This document shows positions 17,323 to 26,647 of a DNA stretch of 64,000 nucleotides, one piece after another (the first letter of the stretch is position 1; the number at the start of each line of letters is the position of its first letter). The position numbers were made by a program, and so were the translations under genes. The DNA lies in NCBI GenBank assembly GCA_963750915.1, contig CAVVSF010000008.1, positions 581,947 to 645,946 of the forward strand. Reading direction: 5' to 3'. The notes beneath the pieces were generated by a model. The model did no database searches. It had not been told where the DNA came from and was given only the letters and a program-made list of their open reading frames with translations. Source of the stretch: an uncultured Acidobacteriota bacterium. GTDB taxonomy: Bacteria > Acidobacteriota > Vicinamibacteria > Vicinamibacterales > 2-12-FULL-66-21.

Positions 17323-17419
17323 GAGGACACGACGGCCACCAAGCCTCTGGTGGTCGAACTGTTCGTACAACAAGCCCATTCACATCGTGTTCGTCGTGGT
17401 CTTGGTGGACGTCGTGCTC
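17323..17419. repeat. Imperfect long hairpin (GAGGACACGACGGCCACCAAG ... CTTGGTGGACGTCGTGCTC), related to the 32055-32158 element
   Basis: The outer arms at 17323-17343 and 17401-17419 are near-complementary. CACGACG/GGACAC-type motifs are shared with the element at 32055. It lies between convergent gene ends. Confidence 0.45.
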
Positions 17420-18143
17420 ATCCGTCTACCGTGACTTGCGCGCGCTGCCCGACCGGCGGCGACGCCGGCGACGCCAGCAGCAGCCGGTTCTTCGGGGTGA
17501 TCGCCGGGGGAATCGCCTGCGTCCACACGCGGTAGCCCTCCTGCCGCAAGGCCGTGGCCCGCGTGACGTCGATCGCGAGCGCGGCATCGAGCCATCCCGT
17601 CAGGCCGCCGGTATCAGAGACGGCCGGATCGTGGCAGCACGGCAGGACCGCAACCCGGGCCCTCGCGCGGACGGCACACTCGAGCACCCGGTCGGTCAGC
17701 GCGCCGCAGGCATGGCACGACACGATGACGTCTGTCCGCGTCAGCGACACGGCGTCGATCGACGTCGCCATCGGCGAAACGCGTCCCGCGAGCCGCGGCC
17801 ACGCCGCCGTCAGCGCGTCGCGCACCAGCGCCATCGACTGTGGCACGGCGCGATCGACGACGATCGCATCCGGCGACGAGTCGTCGAGCAGCAGCATGAT
17901 CGCCGCGAGCAGCCCGTGACCGCCCGCCATGTCGACCACCCTCCCGCCGCGAAACAGCCTTCGGGCCCGGCGCGCTACCTCCCAGGCCTCGTACAACTCT
18001 TTTCGCGGCAGGCAGCCGGCCTCGCACGCGGCGCGGCCGATGCGATCGAACAGCGTTTCGGATGGGAAGCGGCCGAGATCGTAGCTCGTGAGGCGGCCGC
18101 GCCCGGCCGGAGAGAAGCGCGAGCTGGAATCGGTCTCGGACAT
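17418..18143 (-). CDS. SAM-dependent methyltransferase (Methyltransf_32-like)
   Basis: 241 aa with VVDMAGGHGLLAAIMLL (motif I), VSCHACGALTD and VLPCCHD. Confidence 0.55.
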   Translation of the reverse strand: MSETDSSSRFSPAGRGRLTSYDLGRFPSETLFDRIGRAACEAGCLPRKELYEAWEVARRARRLFRGGRVVDMAGGHGLLAAIMLLLDDSSPDAIVVDRAVPQSMALVRDALTAAWPRLAGRVSPMATSIDAVSLTRTDVIVSCHACGALTDRVLECAVRARARVAVLPCCHDPAVSDTGGLTGWLDAALAIDVTRATALRQEGYRVWTQAIPPAITPKNRLLLASPASPPVGQRAQVTVDG

Positions 18144-18173
18144 GCGTTGCGATGCTGCGATCGCGGCCGACGT

Positions 18174-19639
<1,466 letters not shown>

Positions 19640-19642
19640 CGG

Positions 19643-22600
19643 TTACATGCGCGAAACGGCTTCGTCGAGGTTGAGGAGGACGTTCGCGACGATCGTCCAG
19701 GCGGCGCGCCCGGCGAGGTCGCCGGCGGCCCGGTCGCCCCCGGCACCAACGACGGCCGCGGCCGCCTCCGGCTGCGCCGCGTAGTGCGCGCGCTCGTCGT
19801 TGTAGAGCCGCACGAGGCGATCGATCTCGTCGGGCCGCGCCTCGCGCGTCAGCACCAGCTTCACCGCGTAGCTGGCGCGTTCGGCGTCGGTGGCCAGACC
19901 CGGACGCGCCAGCACACGCTCCGCGAGCGCCCTCGCCGCCTCGAACGCCGCCGGATCGTTCAGGAGTGTCAGCGCCTGGAGCGGCGTGTTGGTACGCACG
20001 CGCCGCACGGTGCAGAGCTCGCGGCTGGTGGCGTCGAACGTCATGAAGCTCGGATACGGCGCCGTCCGCCGCCAGAACGTATAGAGGCTGCGGCGGTAGC
20101 GATCCGTCCCTTCGCTCGTCGTCCACTTGTCGCTGTTGTACGGCATGTTCCAGATGCCGGGAGGCTGCAGTGGAAAGACGGAAGGCCCGCCGATCTCGGG
20201 GTTGAGCAGGCCGCTGGCGGCGAGGCCGACGTCGCGGACCGCCTCGGCGTCGAGGCGGTAGCGGGCGCCGCGCGCGAGCAGGCGGTTGTCGGGATCGCGA
20301 TCCGCGAGCACTGCCGTCACCGAGGACGACTGCCGGTAGGTCGCCGACGTCACGATCGTCCGCAGCAGCGCTTTCTGGCTCCACTTCCCCGCCACGAGCT
20401 CCGTCGCGAGCCAGTCGAGCAGCTCGGGATGCGACGGCAAGGCGCCCTGGGCGCCGAAGTCCTCGCTCGTCTCCACCAGACCGCGGCCGAAGATCTGCTC
20501 CCACAGGCGATTGACGGTGACGCGCGCGACGAGCGGATTCTTCTCGTCCACGAGCCACCGCGCCAGGCCGAGGCGATTCGCCGGCAGCTCGTCCCCCATC
20601 GTGTGCAGGACACCGGGCGTCCCGGCATAGACGCGCGGACCGCGCGCCGTGAACGCGCCGCGCTCGCGCAGCTCGTACGACGGCCGCTCGAACGTCGGCC
20701 GCTCCTTCATCACCAGCGTCGAGGGAATCTTCAACGCCGCCAGCCGCTGCCGCGCCGCCGCGATCGCGTCACGCGTCGGCTTCAACGCGGTCGTCGTCGA
20801 GCGGTAGTAGCTGGCGAGCTCGTCGGCGTCCGCCTTCGATCGCGATGCCGCCGGCGTCAGCACGATCGCGCGCATCCGCGCCGGCACCTCGGCCGCGGCC
20901 AGCGGATCGAGCGCAGTGGTCGCGGCGACGCGGAAATGTCCGAGCCCCTGCCCGATGGTGCCGTCGAGCTGATCGATGACCAGCGTCAGCCGCGAGCCGC
21001 CGCCGACGGGTTGTTCCGGGATCAGCACGGCACGCCGCGGCACCCGCGCGGTCTCGCGCATGGCGTTGATCGACCAGCCGCTGCCGGGACGGCGAACGCC
21101 GGCGGCCGGCGCGATCAGCTCCTCCGCCTTGAACGACCCCGCCGCGTCGTCGACCTTGACGCTCCGGATGCGAATCGACGTTGCCGTGTCGCCTGTCGCC
21201 GACGGCGACTCGAGCCGGAGACCGGTGATGCGGAAGTGCCCGTAGGCGTCACGCCCGGGGCCTCCCCTCGGCAGCGACTGGTCCGGCAGCGCCTCGAGCC
21301 GCAGGCCGGTGATGCCGCCGACCGGTATCTCGAGCCGTCACCGTGTACGTCGTCTGCGCCGGGTTCTCGCCGGACGCCAGCACGGATCCATCGGCGTGCG
21401 GCGTGAGCGTGACGCCGCCGGTGGCCACGGCTGACGCGACGGTCAGCGGCGTCCATCGCGTTTCCGCCTGCCGGATCCCCAGCTCCCAGCGCCCCTGCGC
21501 CGCGCGCAGCGCCGGCGTCGGCGTCTTGATCACGCTTTCGAGCCGCGCGATCTCGGATTCGATCTCCTTGCGCGCCTGCTCCTGCGCCGGCGTCGCGAGA
21601 TCGAGCTGCGCCTCGGCGTAGCGCGTGCCGTCGCCGGCGACCCTGGTGTCGTAGGCGGTGTTGGCGAAGAACGCGAGCAGGCGGAAGTAGTCCTTCTGGG
21701 TGAACGGATCGTACTTGTGGTTGTGGCACTGGGCGCAGGCGAGCGTCGATCCGAGCCAGACCGTCGCCGTCGTGTTGACGCGATCGACGAGGACCTCGTA
21801 GAGCGACTCGTCCGGGTCGACGCCCCCTTCCTCGTTGGTCATCGCGTTGCGGTGAAACCCGCTGGCGATGCGCTGGCTGGTCGTCGCTTCGGGCAGCATG
21901 TCGCCGGCAATCTGCTCGACCGTGAACCGATCGAACGGCATGTCGCGATTGAGCGCGTCGATCACCCAGTCGCGGTACTTCCAGATCGAGCGGCGATTGT
22001 CTTTCTCGTGGCCGTTGGTGTCGGCATAGCGCGCGAGGTCGAGCCAGGGCCTGGCCCAGCGCTCGCCGAAATGCGGCGACGCCAGCAGGCGATCGACGGC
22101 GCGCTCGTAAGCGTCGGTTGTTGTGTCGGCGAGGAACGCGTCGAGCTCCTCCGGCGTCGGCGGCAGCCCGATCAAGTCCAGCGAGAGCCGCCGCAGCAGC
22201 GCCGGCCGCGCCGCCTCCGGCGAGGGCGAGAGCTTCTCGCGCTCGAGCCTGGCCAGGATGAACCGATCGATCGCGTTGCGCGGCCACTCGCCGCGGGCCA
22301 CGTCAGGCGGCGCGGAACGGACCGGCCGGACGTATGACCAGTGCTCGTCGGTCGTCGTCGCCGTGGTCGTCGTCGCGGATGCGGGCATCACCGCCCCCTG
22401 GTCGATCCAGGCACGCAACAGGGCGATCGATGATTCCGGCAACGGGTCGGCGTCGAGCGGCATCAGGTCTTCGCCCGTGAGCCCGAGAATGCGCACCAGC
22501 ATCAGGCTCTCGTCGCTCTTGCCGGGCGTGACGACCGGACCGGACAGCCCGCCCCTGGCGATGAGCGCCGGATCGTGGAGGCGGAGCCGGGCGCGCGCGC

Positions 22601-22766
22601 GTTTGGGCCCGTGGCATTCGACGCAGTGCTTCTGGAAGATCGGAACGACGTCGCGGGTGAAGTCGACCGCCGCCGGCGCCGCGGCCGGAAGCTGTTGAGC
22701 CCGGGCCCCGAATGCGACGGCAAACAGTCCGGCGAGCGCGACACCGAAAGCACGCGGACGCAGCAC
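19643..22766 (-). pseudogene. PSCyt1 (planctomycete cytochrome c) / DUF1549 / DUF1553 protein, copy 1, one frameshift
   Basis: The N-terminal ORF 21249..22766 has FQKHCVECHGP and the DUF1549-like [20 protein letters not shown]. The C-terminal ORF 19643..21061 is DUF1553-like. The frame carrying GGITGLRLEALPDQSLPRGGPGRDAYGHFRITGLRLE... runs continuously into the second ORF, so there is a single extra nt near 21320. Confidence 0.8.
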
Positions 22767-22800
22767 AGGGTGATTCTAACCCCGGGGGCTCTCCATTGCC

Positions 22801-23026
22801 GTGCTGGGTGCGTGGTGCCTGGTGCCTGGTGCTCGGGGTGCGAAGGTGCGAGGGTGCCGGGTGCGAAGGTGCGGAGTGCGAGGGTGCGAGGGTGCGAGGG
22901 TGCGAGGGTGCGAGGGTGCGAGGGTGCGCACTCGCACGTCGCACGTCGCACTTTGCACGTCGCACCCTTGCACGCTTGCACCCTCGCACCCGAGCACCCA
23001 GGCACCAGGCACCACGCACGAAGCAC
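22801..23026. repeat. About 226-bp imperfect palindromic element with an internal octamer tandem array (element A)
   Basis: The left end gtgctgggtgcgtggtgcctggtgcctggtgctcgggg is complementary to the right end cacccgagcacccaggcaccaggcaccacgcacgaagcac. Six perfect GTGCGAGG copies lie at 22876-22923. The element sits in a divergent intergenic region. Confidence 0.8.
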
Positions 23027-23155
23027 GATCCTGCATCGAAGTCGCAATCGATACCTCGATCGTGTAGCCGCGATCGCGAGCGTGTTTGTTAGCATCCCGG
23101 CACCGACGATTCACTTCGGCAGAATTCACCATCAGCGGTAGCAAGGAGCAAAGCG

Positions 23156-24004
23156 ATGGCGGTCATGACACAAGCGACGGAAGAGCGGATACAGGGCGGC
23201 GCAGGGCTTCAGATCTTCGTGCGATCGTGGCGGCCGGCGAGCGCGCCGCGCGGTGTGGTCGCGATCGTGCACGGCGTGAAGTCGCACAGCGGCTACTACT
23301 TCTGGGCGGCAGAGCAGCTCGTAGCCCGAGGGTTCGCCATCTATGCCGTCGACCTGCACGGCCGCGGCAACTCGGAGGGCGAGCGCTTCTATCTCGAGAA
23401 GCTCGACGATTACGTCGACGACGTTCGGGCGCTGATTGGCCTGGCGAAATCACGCGAGCCGGGACTGCCGCTCTACCTCCTCGGCCACAGCGCCGGCGGC
23501 GTCATTTCGTCGATCTACACGCTCGAGCACCAGTCCGAGCTCGCCGGCTTCATCTGCGAGAGCTTCGCGTTCCAGGTCTACGCTCCCGATCTCGCGCTCG
23601 CCGTCGTCAAGGGGTTGAGCCATGTGCTGCCGCACGTGCACGTCCTCAACCTTAAAACCGAGGACTTCTCGCGCGACCCGAAGGCGGTGCAGGCGATGCT
23701 CGACGATCCATTGATCAAGGACGAGGTCCAGCCGACGCGCACCGTCGCGCAGCTCGTCCTCGCCGACGAACGGCTGGAGCGCGAGTTCCCACAGATCACG
23801 CTGCCGGTGCTGATCCTGCACGGGACGGCGGACAAGGTGACCAAGCCGGGCGGCAGCCAGCTCTTCTACGACACTGCCGGCTCGCAGGACAAGACGCTGA
23901 AGCTGTACGACGGCCACGCCCACGATCTCCTGAACGATCTCGATCGCGACAAGGTGATGGGCGACATCGTCGGCTGGCTCGAAGCGAGACTGCCGCGGGC
24001 CTGA
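23156..24004 (+). CDS. Alpha/beta hydrolase (lysophospholipase/monoacylglycerol-lipase-like)
   Basis: 282 aa with VAIVHGVKSHSGYY, the nucleophile elbow LLGHSAGG, LILHGTADKV and DGHAHDLLND. An AAGGAG Shine-Dalgarno precedes ATG 23156. Confidence 0.85.
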   Translation: MAVMTQATEERIQGGAGLQIFVRSWRPASAPRGVVAIVHGVKSHSGYYFWAAEQLVARGFAIYAVDLHGRGNSEGERFYLEKLDDYVDDVRALIGLAKSREPGLPLYLLGHSAGGVISSIYTLEHQSELAGFICESFAFQVYAPDLALAVVKGLSHVLPHVHVLNLKTEDFSRDPKAVQAMLDDPLIKDEVQPTRTVAQLVLADERLEREFPQITLPVLILHGTADKVTKPGGSQLFYDTAGSQDKTLKLYDGHAHDLLNDLDRDKVMGDIVGWLEARLPRA

Positions 24005-24247
24005 TCGGTCGAGTGCATGGGCGCTGCCGGAGGTCCTCCGGCAACCGCCTCCCCCAGCCGCTTGCCCCGGGCCCCGCGCACGGTCTATCCTGCCAGTGCG
24101 CATCAGGGCGCTTCCGTGTCCGCGGAAAGGACTGCGTCCACCTGGTCGATCGAACTTCATGATTCGTCGATGAACTCTTTTCTGCCCGAGTGAGCGGACA
24201 CCGGGCGCGCGGCCGTGGCACCGCCGCGGCCAGGAAAGGAGCTCATC

Positions 24248-26647
24248 ATGCCCGGCGCTTCCCTCCCTACACGCACGCTGGCCGACCGGCCAGATCTCGA
24301 CCAACTGAAACGGCAGGCCAAGGATCTGCTCGCGGCGTTTCGCGGCGGCGAGCCCGAGGCAGCCAGAGAGGTCACGGCGCACTATCACGACGCCAGCCCG
24401 GCCTCGTTCGCGCTGCACGACGCGCAGCTGGTGATCGCGCGCGCCTACGGCTTCGCGAGCTGGCCGCGGCTGAAGGCCTACGTCGAGGGCGCCAACGATC
24501 GCGAGCTCGTCGCGGCGATTGCCTCGGGAGATGTCGATCGCGCCGCGGCGATGCTCGCGGCGCGTCCCGAGCTCGCGATGCGCAGCGGCGCGCTGCTGGT
24601 GGCGGTGCAGGCTCGCAGCGTGACGCTCGTTCGCCTGCTGATGCGCCATGGCGCCAACGCCCACGTCGGCGTCTATCCCCACCGCGACGCAACGAACCCG
24701 CTGACGATCGCCGCCGAACGCGGCTACGACGATGTTGTCGCCGCGATTCGCGAGGAAGAACGGCGGCGGCAGTCAGACCGGAGCGGCGTCACCGAACCGG
24801 CCGACGAGCTCTTCGCCGCGCTTGGATCGGGTGACGACGAGTGGGCGATCCGGCTGATGACAGTCACGCCGGCGCTCGTCGAGGTCCGTCACGCCGTATT
24901 CGACGTCACACCCCTTCTCGCCGCCGCCCGCCGACTCAACGCTCCGCTCGTGCGCTGGCTCACCAGCCATGGCGCCTCCATCGACGCTCGAGGCGGCGCG
25001 CACCCCGCAGATGACGTGCAACGGCAGAGAGGCGATGCCGGCCACACGGCGCTCGATATCGCCGCCTACTCATCGGGACTCGGCGCTGATGGCAGCGACA
25101 CTCGCGTCCGCTTCTCGAGCGTCGCCGAGACGCTCCTGCACTCTGGCGCGTCCATGACTCCCCGGGCCGCCGTCGCGCTCGGCCGGCTCGACTGGCTTCG
25201 CGCCAGAAGCGCGGACGGCACGCTGGTCAATCGGATCGAGGAATCCGGCGGGCTGCTCCGCGTCGCCGTCAGCCACGATCGCGCCGACGTGCTCGCGTTC
25301 CTCCTCGACGCCGGCTTCGATCCCGACGAGCGGACCAGGTTCCGCGATGTTGGCGGGGATGGAGTGGTGTTCACGTGGGGCATGCCGCTGTGGCAGTGCG
25401 CCGCGACGGACCGGCACGAGATGGCGCGGATGCTGCTGGCGCGCGGCGCCGATCCCAACGCCGAGGTCTACGCCAGCGGCAGCCCGATTCACCGCGCCTA
25501 CGACCGCGGCAACCGGCAGATGATCGAGCTGCTCGAGCAGCATGGCGGCGCGCTCGACGCCAGCGCCGTCGGATTCTACGGCCTCGCCGATCGCGCCGCG
25601 CCGCTGCTCGCGTCGCGCGACGAGTCGGCCGAGGCGAGCATCAAGGATCTGCTGCACGGCGCCGCCTGCGGCGGCCACGAGGACATCATCCGGCAGGCCC
25701 TGGCGCGGATCGAGTGGCGCCGCGACGATCCGCGATGGTTCCCGATCCTCGAGCAGCCGCTGCGAGTTTCCGAGCGGCCGGGCGCCGACCGCAACCGCTT
25801 CGTCCGGTGCTTCGCGCTGCTCGTGGCCCGCTGCGATCCGAACCTGCGCGGCCGCCTGGCCGAGGGGCAGCCGTTCGGCCTGACGCTCCTGCACACCGTC
25901 GCCGGCGCGAGGCCGCACGTCACAAGCGAGGAGCGCGTCGCCTTCGCCACGCTGCTGCTCGACGCCGGCGCCCGCCTCGATGCGCGTGACCTCATTCTCG
26001 AGTGCACGCCGCTCGCCTGGGCCTGCCGCTGGGGCCAGGGCGAGCTCGTCGACCTCTTCCTCTCGCGCGGCGCCGACCCCATCGAAGCCGGCGCACCAGC
26101 CTGGGCGACGCCGCTGGCGTGGGCGACCAAGATGGGCCACGGAGACATCGAAGCCGCGCTGCGTCAGCGCTGGCGCGCGGTGAATCGAAGTGCTTCGGGC
26201 TGGGTGCCTTGGTGCCTGGTGCTTGATGTGCGAGGTGCGAGGGTGCCGGGGGCGAGGGTGCCGGGGGCGAGGGTGCCGGGGGCGAGGGTGCCGGGGCGAG
26301 GGTGCCGGGGGCGAAGGTGCCGGGGGAGGGTGCGCACTTCGCATCGTCCACCAGCACTTTGCACCCTTGCACCTTTGCACCCTTGCACCTTCGCACATCG
26401 AGCACCCAGGCACCCAGGCACCACGCACGAAGCACTTTCGAGAGCGCCGCTCAGCGAATGCCGGCTGTGGCCGCTGGCGACGTCATGCGCGAGGGCTTTT
26501 CGTCCTTCAGCCAGTAGCCGAACCACTGCCGCAGCCGCGACAGGCGGTCGGTCAGCAGCCACGGCTCGCCGGTGCGCGAGAGGTCGTGGTTGGATCGCGG
26601 GTAGCGCACGAACTCGACCCGGACGGCGTGCTTCTGCAGCGCCATGA
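24248..26647 (+). CDS. Ankyrin-repeat protein; 3' end uncertain (ORF reads through repeat element B)
   Basis: ATG 24248 is preceded by GGAAAGGAG. Multiple ANK-like repeats are present (e.g. TPLLAAARRLNAPLVRWLTSHGASIDAR; CTPLAWACRWGQGELVDLFLSRGADP; TPLAWATKMGHGDIEAAL). After about 26180 the frame translates the tandem repeats (GARVPGARVPGARVPG...) and then the antisense of the S9 peptidase 3' end. A TGA at 26179-26181 lies in the +1 frame. Confidence 0.65.
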   Translation: MPGASLPTRTLADRPDLDQLKRQAKDLLAAFRGGEPEAAREVTAHYHDASPASFALHDAQLVIARAYGFASWPRLKAYVEGANDRELVAAIASGDVDRAAAMLAARPELAMRSGALLVAVQARSVTLVRLLMRHGANAHVGVYPHRDATNPLTIAAERGYDDVVAAIREEERRRQSDRSGVTEPADELFAALGSGDDEWAIRLMTVTPALVEVRHAVFDVTPLLAAARRLNAPLVRWLTSHGASIDARGGAHPADDVQRQRGDAGHTALDIAAYSSGLGADGSDTRVRFSSVAETLLHSGASMTPRAAVALGRLDWLRARSADGTLVNRIEESGGLLRVAVSHDRADVLAFLLDAGFDPDERTRFRDVGGDGVVFTWGMPLWQCAATDRHEMARMLLARGADPNAEVYASGSPIHRAYDRGNRQMIELLEQHGGALDASAVGFYGLADRAAPLLASRDESAEASIKDLLHGAACGGHEDIIRQALARIEWRRDDPRWFPILEQPLRVSERPGADRNRFVRCFALLVARCDPNLRGRLAEGQPFGLTLLHTVAGARPHVTSEERVAFATLLLDAGARLDARDLILECTPLAWACRWGQGELVDLFLSRGADPIEAGAPAWATPLAWATKMGHGDIEAALRQRWRAVNRSASGWVPWCLVLDVRGARVPGARVPGARVPGARVPGRGCRGRRCRGRVRTSHRPPALCTLAPLHPCTFAHRAPRHPGTTHEALSRAPLSECRLWPLATSCARAFRPSASSRTTAAAATGGRSAATARRCARGRGWIAGSARTRPGRRASAAP
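26188..26437. repeat. About 250-bp imperfect palindromic element with an internal 15-mer tandem array (element B, same family as A)
   Basis: The termini aagtgcttcgggctgggtgccttggtgcctggtgc and gcacccaggcacccaggcaccacgcacgaagcactt are complementary. About six copies of CGAGGGTGCCGGGGG lie at 26238-26326. The right terminus is nearly identical to that of element A. Confidence 0.8.

Noticed and set aside
22876-22923. Short tandem arrays (8-mer x6 here, 15-mer x6 at 26238-26326, heptamers at 8784-8817 and 56438-56469), considered as possible CRISPR arrays.
   Set aside because: The repeat periods are 7-15 nt with no unique spacers, and no cas genes are nearby. They are microsatellite-like cores of hairpin elements, not CRISPR.
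24026-24042. Small GC palindromes after gene ends (GCCGGAGG-t-CCTCCGGC at 24026-24042; GGCCCC-gga-GGGGCC at 33405-33419), considered as intrinsic terminators.
   Set aside because: The stems are short, the loops are under 4 nt and there is no U-tract. This is too weak to annotate as terminators, although they may act as such in a GC-rich organism.
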